Below are positions 10,025 to 19,595 of a stretch of DNA of 64,000 bases, piece after piece (positions within the stretch are counted from its first letter, which is position 1; each line of letters begins with the position of its first letter). The notes below the pieces were generated by a model that had not been told where the DNA came from, searched no databases, and was given only the letters and a program-made list of their open reading frames with translations. The stretch comes from an uncultured Chlamydiae bacterium. GTDB taxonomy: Bacteria > Chlamydiota > Chlamydiia > Chlamydiales > JAJFMB01. The position numbers and the translations under genes are program-made. The stretch is taken from the NCBI GenBank assembly GCA_963696295.1, contig CAVOJR010000001.1, positions 3,168,001 through 3,232,000 of the forward strand, given 5' to 3'.

Positions 10025-10352
10025 TGTATTTTGTATTTGCCAGGTCCCGGCCGGAATAGAGAATGTCCAAGGCTGCGTCCCTGCGAGGCGGCGAGTTAAA
10101 TTGGCAATCCACAACGTTTCCCCTATAGGTATAGAAACGGTTTGCTCCATTTTTACCAACCTGTTGGATGGTACAATAAAAAGCGTTGCTTTGCCCGCCC
10201 CTGGCATAAGCTGCCTCAAATAGTTTAAAAAGAGTTGTCGGCTCTACGACATCGGTAAGCGGGGCGGTGGATCTGGGCGAGCCCGCCATTAAGTTTGACT
10301 GTACTGTGATATAATAGTCGTTTTCTGCAGTGCGGATGGTAGGTATAGACAT
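9957..10352 (-). CDS. orphan hypothetical protein, 131 aa
   Basis: ATG with AAGGAG RBS; no family recognised. Confidence 0.75.
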   Translation of the reverse strand: MSIPTIRTAENDYYITVQSNLMAGSPRSTAPLTDVVEPTTLFKLFEAAYARGGQSNAFYCTIQQVGKNGANRFYTYRGNVVDCQFNSPPRRDAALDILYSGRDLANTKYKLDTYNPALQARVKVLFTRVVV

Positions 10353-10510
10353 AAAAGGCTCCTTTAGTGTTTCGTTTGCTGAAATATATTAACACGCGGC
10401 CTGAAAAAAGGGTAGGAAATTCTTTGTTTTGAAAGTTTATGTCATTCTCTTTTGAATTGCTAAAAATAACTCATTTATTTTACAATTATTAAAATTAATG
10501 AGAGGTATTT

Positions 10511-12274
10511 ATGAAAAATTTTCTATTTGCTTTTATTGCAGTGCTATTTTTTAGCGCGGCCTGGGCTGATGATTCTACCGTAAAAGCGATGATCCACGAT
10601 CTGGAAGTCGCCAAATACCAATATGAGACCAAATACGCGCCAAAGGCGTGGAAAAAAGAGCGCTATGGCTGGAGCCTGGAGGAAAGCTTTTTGACCGCTA
10701 AAAGAAGGATCGAAACAGAAAGACCTCAAACGATCAAAGAATATCAAAAAATCTTTAGAGATTTCATCTTCTCAACAAATGATTATCACGTTAACGTTCG
10801 TTTCTATTCCACCGGCATCAGCTGGTTTCCCATGAAGATCAGAGGATTCCAGAACCGCTATTATATTGCCAATGATTTGAGTCCGACCCCGCAGAAAGTC
10901 CGCCTCTTTAACACTGAGGAGATCGATTGGGAAGCCTATGACGAAACCCTGGAAAAATTAATCCCCGGCAGTGAAATCCTCGCCATCGACGGAAAGCCTG
11001 TCGCCCAGGCGATTGAAGAGATCATCGACGATAAATTGGGCGGGGATCGCACTCCTACAGGATTTTCTCTCGCAGAACTTATGATTTTCACCCGCGCAGA
11101 ATCGGAGGCTGAAACATTCACGATTACCGTAAAAAATGATGATGAAGTCGAAGTATTGACTCTCCCATGGGTGAGAGTGCCGGAATGGATCAAAGAGCAG
11201 CCTCTTAAAGCGGCTGATCCTGAATTCCTGGAGGCCAGCTTCAATTTGACTAAGGGAAAAAAGAATCCAAAAAAGGCTATGGAAGCCATCGGTAAACTCC
11301 TTCGCAAGGACTATAGCATCAAAAATGTGCAGCCTTTGCTGTTCCAAAAGTTTGACGCTGAGGAAACTCAAAAAGACCGGCGCGAAAAAGGGTTTTTACC
11401 TGAGCTTGGCGACCTGTTATGGGAAACAGATAAAGACCAGGAGCTCTACGCCTATCTCTATAAAAATAAAAAAGGCCGCAAAATCGGGTACATTTACCTT
11501 GAGAGCTTCGATCCTTTCGACGCCGAAGCCATGGTAGAAGAGCTGATCGAAGCCATCGCTTTTTTGGAAAAGGAGTCTGATGCGCTGGTTTTTGACATCT
11601 CGAATAATCCGGGCGGCGATCCCTTTTATCTCTATGCGGTTTTATCCACTCTGACCGATAAGCCCCTGGCTTGCCCCACCCAAAGAGAAACCTTAATCCA
11701 GGAAGATTTGTATGACTATATCCTCTTGCAACAGCTTGTTGAATGGCTGGTGAAATGGGGCGCTGAAGAAGAAGAAGGGGTTTCGCCGAATTTATCCGGC
11801 TTTGTCATCGACGAGACTGTGATTCAAGAGATCCAGCAATACACCCGGTCTCTTTTAAAGAATTGGGAATCGGGCAAAAGATTATCCGAGCCTCTTTACT
11901 TATATGGAATTCCTGAAATCAGACCCCACCCTAAAGCCCATTACACCAAACCCATTCTTGTTTTGATCAACGAGCTCGATTTTTCCTGCGCCGATATTTT
12001 TCCTGCCATCTTGCAGGACAATCAAAGAGCCGTGCTTTTTGGCAAAAAAACAGCCGGAGCCGGCGGTTATGTGAGACCCTACCAGCACACCAGCCGGTTT
12101 GGCATCGCCTCCTACTCTATCACCGGTTCCATTTTAACCAGAACCAATGGAGAGGTCCTTGAAAACTTGGGCGTATCGCCTGATATTCCTTATGAAATAT
12201 CACTAAGGGATATTCAGGAAAATTATGCCGATTATATTCAAAAAGTGAATAAAGAAATCAACAAATTAATATAG
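10511..12274 (+). CDS. CPAF-like S41 family protease, paralog 1
   Basis: Signal peptide, YAPKAWK, NDYHV, NNPGG, ELDFSCADIFP, GKKTAGAGG, LENLGVSPD. Confidence 0.92.
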   Translation: MKNFLFAFIAVLFFSAAWADDSTVKAMIHDLEVAKYQYETKYAPKAWKKERYGWSLEESFLTAKRRIETERPQTIKEYQKIFRDFIFSTNDYHVNVRFYSTGISWFPMKIRGFQNRYYIANDLSPTPQKVRLFNTEEIDWEAYDETLEKLIPGSEILAIDGKPVAQAIEEIIDDKLGGDRTPTGFSLAELMIFTRAESEAETFTITVKNDDEVEVLTLPWVRVPEWIKEQPLKAADPEFLEASFNLTKGKKNPKKAMEAIGKLLRKDYSIKNVQPLLFQKFDAEETQKDRREKGFLPELGDLLWETDKDQELYAYLYKNKKGRKIGYIYLESFDPFDAEAMVEELIEAIAFLEKESDALVFDISNNPGGDPFYLYAVLSTLTDKPLACPTQRETLIQEDLYDYILLQQLVEWLVKWGAEEEEGVSPNLSGFVIDETVIQEIQQYTRSLLKNWESGKRLSEPLYLYGIPEIRPHPKAHYTKPILVLINELDFSCADIFPAILQDNQRAVLFGKKTAGAGGYVRPYQHTSRFGIASYSITGSILTRTNGEVLENLGVSPDIPYEISLRDIQENYADYIQKVNKEINKLI

Positions 12275-12281
12275 GTAAATC

Positions 12282-14093
12282 ATGAGAACAACTTTACTTT
12301 GCCTGGCGGCAGCTATTTCCATGGTGAGTTTCACTTATGGGAACAATGCCGATCAAAAAGCGATGATCCACGACCTGAAAGTGGCCAAGCAGATTTTTGA
12401 AACGAAATACGCTCCAAAGGCGTGGAAAAAAGAATACTTCGGCTGGACCCTGAATGATAGCTTTCAGAAAGCAATAAAGAAGGTTGAGAATTCCCCGACC
12501 ATAAAAGAATACCAACAAATCTTCAAAGAGTTCATCCTTTCCACTAAAGATTACCATGTCAACGTAGGCTTTTATTCGACTGCCAGAAACTGGTACCCCC
12601 TTATGGCGAATGAAGTTGACGGCCATTATTATGTTTCCAAACAAGAGGCTAATCTGCCTTTTGACTTTATCTTTTATAAATCAAATATCATGGAGCCTGA
12701 CGACACTGAAGAGTCAGGCGACCCGGCCCAAAGCATCGCGAGCGGCGATGAAATTGTCGCCATAGACGGCAAACCGGTAAGAAGCGTCATTGAAGCCCTG
12801 ATCGACAAATACCGCGGAGGAGACCGCACGCCTACTGGATACGCCATCGCCTGCAAATTGCTTTTCAATAACGCGGAAGATGAGCCTGAGTACTTCACTC
12901 TGACGGTGATTCCTCAAGGATCCGATACTCCGGTTGAGCACAGGCTGCGCTGGTATCAAATTCCGGAATGGATCGATGATCAACCCCTTCATAAAGATAA
13001 AAAACAACCCGAATTGCCAGATGCCAGCCTCCTTTTGGATCTGAAAAAAAAGGATCCTAAAAAGGTCTCCAAAGAAATCGGCAAACTTTTAGCCAAGGAT
13101 TACAGCGTCGCCTTTGTCAAACCTCTTTTACTTCAAGAGGAAAGCGAAGAGCCTGGAGAAGGAGAAGAGGAGATTCAGCTCGATTACCGCCGTAAAGGAG
13201 CCCTTCCTCCTTTGGGAGAAGTGTTATGGGAAACGGAAGCTAAAAACTGCCTCTATGCCTATCTTTATAAAAATGCCGAAGGGCGTAAAATCGGCTATAT
13301 CTATTTGCCCAATTTTAGTGGCGGCGATTGGCTGATTAAAGAGTTGGAGGCTGTGATCAACCGCTTTGAAAAAGAGTCCGATGCTCTGGTTTTCGACATC
13401 ACGAACAATCCGGGCGGCGATGCGATTTTCGCCTACGCTGTTTTGTCCACGCTGACCAGCAAACCGCTGGCATGCCCAACCCAGTATGAAACCTTAATTC
13501 AGCAGGACATGGATGTTTATTCGATCATCGATAACATTTTACCTATGATTCTCAAAGAGGAACCCCGCAAGACAAGCGATGATGAGGAAGAAGAGCCGCG
13601 TCTTCCCAATATCAACGGCCTTATTCTCACTGAAGAGCTGGTAAAACAAGTGCAAAGCTACGTGGAATCGATGCGTAAAACTTGGGGCTCAGGCAAAAGA
13701 TTCACCACGCCGCACCATCTTTTAGGCATACGGGAGATTCAACCCCATCCAAAAGCGCAATACACAAAGCCGCTGATGGTGTTGATCAACGAGCTCGATT
13801 TCTCATGTGGAGACATCTTCCCGGCCGTTCTGCAAGACAACCAAAGAGCGGTGCTCTTCGGCAAAAAGACAGCCGGCGCCGGCGGGTATGTCAGAGGCTT
13901 TCAGCACACCAGCCGTTTTGGCGTTGCGGGTTATTCGGTTACCGGCTCGCTTCTGCTCAGAACGAATGGCCAAGTGCTCGAAAACTTGGGCGTCACGCCT
14001 GATGTTCCTTATGAACTCACTTTAAGAGATATTCGCGAAAATTACGCGGATTACATTGAAAGAGTGAACAGCGAAATCAACAAGCTGATCTAA
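12282..14093 (+). CDS. CPAF-like S41 family protease, paralog 2
   Basis: Signal peptide, YAPKAWK, KDYHV, NNPGG, ELDFSCGDIFP, GKKTAGAGG, LENLGVTPD. Confidence 0.92.
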   Translation: MRTTLLCLAAAISMVSFTYGNNADQKAMIHDLKVAKQIFETKYAPKAWKKEYFGWTLNDSFQKAIKKVENSPTIKEYQQIFKEFILSTKDYHVNVGFYSTARNWYPLMANEVDGHYYVSKQEANLPFDFIFYKSNIMEPDDTEESGDPAQSIASGDEIVAIDGKPVRSVIEALIDKYRGGDRTPTGYAIACKLLFNNAEDEPEYFTLTVIPQGSDTPVEHRLRWYQIPEWIDDQPLHKDKKQPELPDASLLLDLKKKDPKKVSKEIGKLLAKDYSVAFVKPLLLQEESEEPGEGEEEIQLDYRRKGALPPLGEVLWETEAKNCLYAYLYKNAEGRKIGYIYLPNFSGGDWLIKELEAVINRFEKESDALVFDITNNPGGDAIFAYAVLSTLTSKPLACPTQYETLIQQDMDVYSIIDNILPMILKEEPRKTSDDEEEEPRLPNINGLILTEELVKQVQSYVESMRKTWGSGKRFTTPHHLLGIREIQPHPKAQYTKPLMVLINELDFSCGDIFPAVLQDNQRAVLFGKKTAGAGGYVRGFQHTSRFGVAGYSVTGSLLLRTNGQVLENLGVTPDVPYELTLRDIRENYADYIERVNSEINKLI

Positions 14094-14109
14094 TTCAACG
14101 GGCCGTCAA

Positions 14110-14826
14110 CTATTGGCGGCCCTCCCTGTTCCATAAAAAAATAGCGCACCGCTTAGACAGATTCGGAAGCTGAAGTTTCTTCCAGCGCTCAATTGTGTGG
14201 CACATCACTCCTTGGGTCGGCAGGGTCAAATCCCAGGCGACGCAAAGCTTCGCACTGTTGTCGAGCGTATCAATGAGAGATTTTAAGGTGTAGTCATTCC
14301 GGTGGGGCGCTTCAATAAAGATATGCGTTCCCTCCTGTTTGGAAACAGAGGCGAATTTGGCGTTCCGCTCGTTTTCTTCCCGGGGCGGGTAGCCGTAAAA
14401 ACAAAAATGCTGCCCCGATAATCCCGACAGCATCAAAGCGAGGGTGATGGACGAGGGACCGATAAAGGCCTGCACCTGCAGCCCGAGGTGATAGGCGCGC
14501 GCTACCAGTTTGGCGCCCGGATCGGCGATGCAGGGTAGCCCGGCATCCGATACATACCCCCACCGCTCCCCCTTCTGAATCGGCTCCAGCAAAAAATCGA
14601 TCTCCTCGTCTGGGGTGTTTTTGTTGAAAAGGGCCAGCGGAATATTGTGCGCCGGCGTTTCGGTCTTGAAATGGCTTAAAAAACGGCGGCCGCCCGATTC
14701 GCTCTCGCTGATCAGGCCGTCGAGGGTCAATACGGCTTTATCGACGCTCGCCGGTAAAAAGGCCTCGTGATGGCGTTGCTCGCCCAGAAGATTCGGCAGA
14801 AGCAGCAAGGCTGGTTTCATTGGCAT
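14110..14826 (-). CDS. RsmI/YraL-like SAM-dependent methyltransferase
   Basis: VSDAGLPCIADPG, GPSS..LALMLSGL, FIEAPHR. Confidence 0.88.
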   Translation of the reverse strand: MPMKPALLLLPNLLGEQRHHEAFLPASVDKAVLTLDGLISESESGGRRFLSHFKTETPAHNIPLALFNKNTPDEEIDFLLEPIQKGERWGYVSDAGLPCIADPGAKLVARAYHLGLQVQAFIGPSSITLALMLSGLSGQHFCFYGYPPREENERNAKFASVSKQEGTHIFIEAPHRNDYTLKSLIDTLDNSAKLCVAWDLTLPTQGVMCHTIERWKKLQLPNLSKRCAIFLWNREGRQ

Positions 14827-15812
14827 AACTCCGCGATTAAAATGTCGGTTAATAATTCAGGGGCCACAGGACTGCTTTTTACGGCGATCTCCGCCGCGTC
14901 GATCTTTAAAAGCCCCCGCTTAAAGCGCTGCAGGCCGTATTGGCCCGCCTGCTGGATGTGCCGTTCGAGAATAAACCCTTTCATGTAGGGAAACTGCGCG
15001 GGCACTTCCTGCTTCAAACCCTTTTCCAAAAGACAGCACACCTGATAGTCGGTTTGGAATTGGGAGCGGATCTGGCGCAGCAAGGTGAGGACCGGCAAAC
15101 CGTCGTCGAGGAGGGCGCGGGTAATGCGAAGCGCGGCCGGCGCCTGCCTCGCAAAGAGCGCTTCGCCAAGCTGCCAGATGGTTTCCTGGTTGACCGCTGA
15201 GGCGATGGCGGCGATATCCTGCATCTCAATAGCGTTTTTTCCCCCCGTATAGCAGATCAGCTTCTCCATCTCCTGCTGCAGCTGGCTTTGATCCAGCCCG
15301 GTCTGTTTGACTAAGAGCTTGGCCATCTGCGGGGAAATCTTCTTCTTCGCGGCGCTGAAGTACTCCGCGACCCACTCTTCCAGGGCCTTCTCCTTTTCCC
15401 ACGGCTTCAATTCGGGAATGTCGAGAATAATGCCCAGCTCCTCCAGGCTTTTATAGAGGGTGGAGCCCCGGTGCAGGGCGGATCCGGAGAGAATGAGGCA
15501 GACATCCCTCGGCAGGTTTTTTAACGCCTGGGAGAGCGTCGCCAGTTGCGGTTTAGTCAGCGCTTCGATTTCCCGGATCTGGATAATTCTTTTTTCGGAG
15601 AAGAGGGAAAAAGAGGAGAGGTCGCCCAGAGCCGCGTCGATTTTGGCCGACTCGTAGCTTTTGATGGGCAAAGGCAGCACGCCGAGCAGCGCATCCACCC
15701 CGCGCTTCAAATCGAAAGAATCCTTGGACAGCAGGGTATAGAGCGGGGAGAGGTGCAGGGAGGCGGAGGCTTGCAGGTGTTTTTCAAAAGCTCTTAAATT
15801 ATCAAACTTCAC
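14817..15812 (-). CDS. holA: DNA polymerase III delta subunit
   Basis: SFSLFSEKRII, LQQEMEKLICY, ETIWQLGEAL; position matches CT047. Confidence 0.82.
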   Translation of the reverse strand: MKFDNLRAFEKHLQASASLHLSPLYTLLSKDSFDLKRGVDALLGVLPLPIKSYESAKIDAALGDLSSFSLFSEKRIIQIREIEALTKPQLATLSQALKNLPRDVCLILSGSALHRGSTLYKSLEELGIILDIPELKPWEKEKALEEWVAEYFSAAKKKISPQMAKLLVKQTGLDQSQLQQEMEKLICYTGGKNAIEMQDIAAIASAVNQETIWQLGEALFARQAPAALRITRALLDDGLPVLTLLRQIRSQFQTDYQVCCLLEKGLKQEVPAQFPYMKGFILERHIQQAGQYGLQRFKRGLLKIDAAEIAVKSSPVAPELLTDILIAELCQ

Positions 15813-15906
15813 GAGGATTCCGCCAATGAGTAAAACACGATAATAGCATGGTGAGCCATAAAAGAAAAGCTCGACAAAATGGCTTTCCCTTCCTTATTCT
15901 TCTTTC

Positions 15907-16824
15907 ATGCATGAGCTATATTCATTTCTGGATTCAGAGGGTCTTTTGCTGGACGTGCGCAGCCCCTCCGAGTTTGCGAGAGCCCATATCCCGGGCGCCC
16001 TCTCCTTTCCCCTTTTTACCGATGAGGAGCGCGCCCTGGTGGGCACCTGCTACAAGAGCCGCGGCCAAAAAGAGGCGATTGCACTCGGCCTCTCCCTCGT
16101 CGGGCCGAAACTGCACCTCTTTGCCAATGGAGCCGAGGAGCTCTTGAAGGGGCGGCGAGCCAGGATCTACTGCTTCAGGGGCGGCATGCGCTCCTCCTCC
16201 ATGAGCTGGCTGCTCCGTCTCATCGGGATCGAGCTGATCACCCTGAAGGGGGGCTACAAGGCCTTCCGGCGCGAGGCGGCCAATCTGGAACAGCTCCTCA
16301 AAGAAAAGCGCTTCTCTTTCACCGTCATCGCCGGGCTCACCGGCTGCGGCAAGACCGCCCTGCTCCACGAGAGGCGAAGAAGCGGAAAACAGATACTCGA
16401 TCTGGAAGGGCTCGCCAATCACCGGGGCAGCGCCTTTGGCGCCATCGGCCAGAACCCCCAGCCAACCCAAGAGATGTTTGAAAACCTGATTTACAGCGAG
16501 CTTAGGAAAATCCCGCCAACGGCCTCTCTTTGTATCGAAGACGAGAGCCGCCTGATCGGCCGCCTTGTGATTCCAAGCCCCCTGTTCGAAGCGATGCGGG
16601 AGGCTCCTAAAGAGCGGATCATAAGACCCCTCTCCGAGCGGATCGAATACCTCCTGCAGACTTACGGCTCATTCCCTAAATCGGCTCTTCTTGAAGCCGT
16701 GGGCAGGCTCCACAAGCGGCTCGGCGGGGAGCGGGCAGAGAGAATCACCTCTCACATCCAGGCCGGGCGCTTAAAAGAAGCCGCCGCTGAGCTTCTCGAA
16801 TACTATGACCGCAGCTACTCATAG
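15907..16824 (+). CDS. mnmH: tRNA 2-selenouridine synthase
   Basis: Rhodanese DVRSPSEF..HIPGA, CFRGGMRS, GGYKAFR; P-loop GLTGCGKT; DLEGLANHRGSAFG; YYDRSY. Confidence 0.93.
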   Translation: MHELYSFLDSEGLLLDVRSPSEFARAHIPGALSFPLFTDEERALVGTCYKSRGQKEAIALGLSLVGPKLHLFANGAEELLKGRRARIYCFRGGMRSSSMSWLLRLIGIELITLKGGYKAFRREAANLEQLLKEKRFSFTVIAGLTGCGKTALLHERRRSGKQILDLEGLANHRGSAFGAIGQNPQPTQEMFENLIYSELRKIPPTASLCIEDESRLIGRLVIPSPLFEAMREAPKERIIRPLSERIEYLLQTYGSFPKSALLEAVGRLHKRLGGERAERITSHIQAGRLKEAAAELLEYYDRSYS

Positions 16825-18075
16825 AAAAGTCAATAAATAACGGGTAAAGGGAATCAGGGAGGGATTTTCCAGGAAAGCCGGCAGATTTTTTCGCTCCACC
16901 CAAAAGAACTTTTCATATTCCCTGTTGGGAGGAAACACCTCGATCCGCTTTTTTAAAGGGATCCAGAAGCAGACTTCCCAGGTTCCCCCTTTTTTATCCT
17001 CAATCAAAGCAAAAGGGGAGATGGACAAAATATCTTCCTCTTTCAGGCTGGTCTCTTCGAAAAGCTCTTTCCTGATTTGGCGGATGAGATCGATCTGTGA
17101 ATCCATGACAGCCCCCGGATCGATTGTTCCGGAAGGAGGCGTCTCCAGCAAGCCCGGGCAGACGGACACTTCATCGGAGCGCTGGCCGATCAAAACCGCA
17201 TCCTCCGTATGGATGACCCCGGTCACGGAGACCGGCTTGATGCCGGAGCCGCAAAGATAATCCTTGTATCCGACAAATTCCCCGGTCAGCCCCTCCAGCC
17301 CCTCCAGCCCCTCATCCAGGGAGATAAAACGAAAAATTTTTCCATTGAAAAGGTTGGGATTCCGGCGGCATTTTTCCTCCCAGATCCGGTCGGCCTCTTC
17401 GCTCCTCGCAACGGGGCGGCTTTTTTGCACCAAAACCTGAAACTGATGATCGATAGGATAACAGGAAAAATCGGGATGGCCGGTTTCTATTTTTTTTACC
17501 CTCTGAAAAAAATCATCCCAGTTATTTTGGAAGGGCACGGTGAGTATTTTTGCCGTCCTGGCAGCCGTCAAACCATGCTCCGAGTCCTCCAAAGCGATGG
17601 CCTCGTCCGGCTTTAACCCGAGGGTTTTTAAAGCCTTCAGATAGAGGTCGGGCGAGGGCTTGCCCATATCATGCTCTCCGGGAGTAATAATGGCGTCGAA
17701 CTCCAGATTATGCCGCTTTAAAAAGGCAACGGCGAGCTCATTTTTTGCCGAAGTGACAAGAGCGATCTTCAATCCTTTTGCGCGGGCCAGAACGAGGCAG
17801 CTTCTTGCAACCGGAAAAATCTCCAGCTCAGAGAGATAGGCTTGATCCAGACGCTTGAGATAATCCCCGGCCAGCTTTTCCGGCGCGTCCGGCAACGCGT
17901 GTTTTTTCACCAACGTTTTCATCACTTCCAGAAGGGTCAAGCCGTTTAAGGATTGGAACTCTTCGGGCGTTCCCTGCAGATGATAGCCGGCTAAAAACTC
18001 GCAATAGACGCTGTAAAGGAGCGGCAGGCTATCGGCCAGAGTGCCGTCCAAGTCGATTAAGAGAGCTTTGATCAC
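16819..18075 (-). CDS. HAD-family phosphatase fused to a NUDIX-like domain
   Basis: DLDGTLADS, KPSPDLY, LEDSEHG; C-terminal NPNLFNG..PPSGTID..KELFEETSL. Confidence 0.82.
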   Translation of the reverse strand: MIKALLIDLDGTLADSLPLLYSVYCEFLAGYHLQGTPEEFQSLNGLTLLEVMKTLVKKHALPDAPEKLAGDYLKRLDQAYLSELEIFPVARSCLVLARAKGLKIALVTSAKNELAVAFLKRHNLEFDAIITPGEHDMGKPSPDLYLKALKTLGLKPDEAIALEDSEHGLTAARTAKILTVPFQNNWDDFFQRVKKIETGHPDFSCYPIDHQFQVLVQKSRPVARSEEADRIWEEKCRRNPNLFNGKIFRFISLDEGLEGLEGLTGEFVGYKDYLCGSGIKPVSVTGVIHTEDAVLIGQRSDEVSVCPGLLETPPSGTIDPGAVMDSQIDLIRQIRKELFEETSLKEEDILSISPFALIEDKKGGTWEVCFWIPLKKRIEVFPPNREYEKFFWVERKNLPAFLENPSLIPFTRYLLTFL

Positions 18076-19595
18076 CAGTCACCTATTTGCAGGCCATCCC
18101 CTAAACCGATTGAGCGTTTGGCTTTTTTTCCCTGAATGGTGGAGAGATAGCGAGGATGAACGCCAAGCGGCCTTTTGCCGGGGCGCAAAATGGCGACATT
18201 TTCCCCTTCTAAAAGGTGATCTCCGGCCTGAATGGCTTTGATCGCCTGAATCCCCCGTTTAGCAAAGCTTCGAAGCTCCTGCTCTAACGGATGTATCCCT
18301 TTCACTTCCGATCCGAGCATTGCTTCCACTTGCCTGATTTCCCGCACCATCTCCTTCAGCTCATCAAAATTTATGGCAAAAGCGTGATCGGGTCCGGGCA
18401 GCCCCCGGTCAGCTGTAAAATGCTTTTCAATCACGGTCGCCCCGAGAGCAACAGCGGCGAGCGGCGCCATAAAAGGGTGGAGACTATGGTCTGATAAACC
18501 AGTTTTGCATTGATAGCGCTGCTTCAACCAGCGGATAGCGTTGAGATTCAAGGTCTCGTTTGGAGCCGGATAACAAGCCGTGCACTGCAGCAGCGTCAGC
18601 TCTCGCCCGCCCTTGGCCCGATAGGTGTCCACCGCCCAGGAAATTTCAAATTCTGTGGAAGCCCCAGTAGACAAGATGAGGGGTTTTCCCGATGCGGCCG
18701 CCAGATCCAGAAGATGGATATGGCCGATTTCGTAGCTTGCGATTTTATGCCGCTTGACATAAGGGTCGACCGCGGCAAAATCTTCGGGCGAAAATGTGGA
18801 GGACATAAATTCAATCCCCTCTTTTTGACACTCCTCAAACAATTTGGGGATGAGCGAGTAGGGCATTTTAATCCGCTCGAAAATTTGGCCGATCTCCTCA
18901 TCAATGCCGAGATAATCGCTTTTGCCCGCGTTCTCGACGTAGATCAGGCCAGGCTGAAAGGTTTGAAACTTGATCGCGTCGGCGCCGGCGGCTTTGGCGG
19001 CCTCAATCATGCGGCGCGCCATTTCCCAATTTTCGGCCGCCGAGCCCACGCACCAGTTGGAGCCCGCCTCGGCGATGATAAACACCCGCTTGTTTTCCTT
19101 CGGGGTAAGGGAAAGATAATAACGGTAAACCTCCACCGTTTCATCAATATCTTCCACCTGGAGATCTATCAGGTCTTTCCTCTTAAAGCCCGCCTGCTCA
19201 AAGACGTGCTGAGAAATCGTGTTTTCCGGGCGGATGATGGCCAGAAGATCGTCATACCCCTGGTTTTTGAGCCAGGGCTGAATTGCGATCAGGGCCCGCT
19301 GCCCGATTTTTTTTCCCCGGTGTTCTGGCGCGACATTAATGGAGATCTGGCAGCATCTTCGCTCAAGATCATCTGCCGGCTCGAAGCGAAGATAAGCAGC
19401 CCTCTCGCCGTTCTCCACCACGAAGAGCTGAGGGAGGTCCGGAAAGCAAAACCCTTGCTTAAAAGCGGGAAAAAATGTCTCAAATACTTTAGGCTTAGTA
19501 TGTAAAGAGTTTTCCAAGGTAGTGGGGTCGTTTCTCCACTGCATGATCAGGCGCGCATGCTCTTCAATCGGCTGTACTATTTCAAAACTTAACAT
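18072..19595 (-). CDS. GNAT acetyltransferase fused to NeuB/PseI/SpsE nonulosonic acid synthase with SAF domain
   Basis: QWRND, APEHRGKKIG, ENTISQHVFEQAGF; then FIIAEAGSN, ADAIKFQ, KIASYE, GLSDHS, IEKHFT, GPDH. Confidence 0.9.
   Translation of the reverse strand: MLSFEIVQPIEEHARLIMQWRNDPTTLENSLHTKPKVFETFFPAFKQGFCFPDLPQLFVVENGERAAYLRFEPADDLERRCCQISINVAPEHRGKKIGQRALIAIQPWLKNQGYDDLLAIIRPENTISQHVFEQAGFKRKDLIDLQVEDIDETVEVYRYYLSLTPKENKRVFIIAEAGSNWCVGSAAENWEMARRMIEAAKAAGADAIKFQTFQPGLIYVENAGKSDYLGIDEEIGQIFERIKMPYSLIPKLFEECQKEGIEFMSSTFSPEDFAAVDPYVKRHKIASYEIGHIHLLDLAAASGKPLILSTGASTEFEISWAVDTYRAKGGRELTLLQCTACYPAPNETLNLNAIRWLKQRYQCKTGLSDHSLHPFMAPLAAVALGATVIEKHFTADRGLPGPDHAFAINFDELKEMVREIRQVEAMLGSEVKGIHPLEQELRSFAKRGIQAIKAIQAGDHLLEGENVAILRPGKRPLGVHPRYLSTIQGKKAKRSIGLGDGLQIGDW

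Noticed and set aside
9610..10352. Diversity-generating retroelement TR/VR pair
   Set aside because: No reverse transcriptase in the window; only three recurring dimorphic sites rather than adenine-specific randomisation
15907..16824. Selenocysteine system implied by mnmH/selU
   Set aside because: No selA, selB, selC or selD in the window; MnmH acts on tRNA independently of Sec decoding
17287..17313. 9-bp x3 microrepeat (EGL)3; also the 6-bp repeat in ssb and the 27-bp x2 repeat near 33812
   Set aside because: Short in-frame slippage repeats with no sign of phase variation
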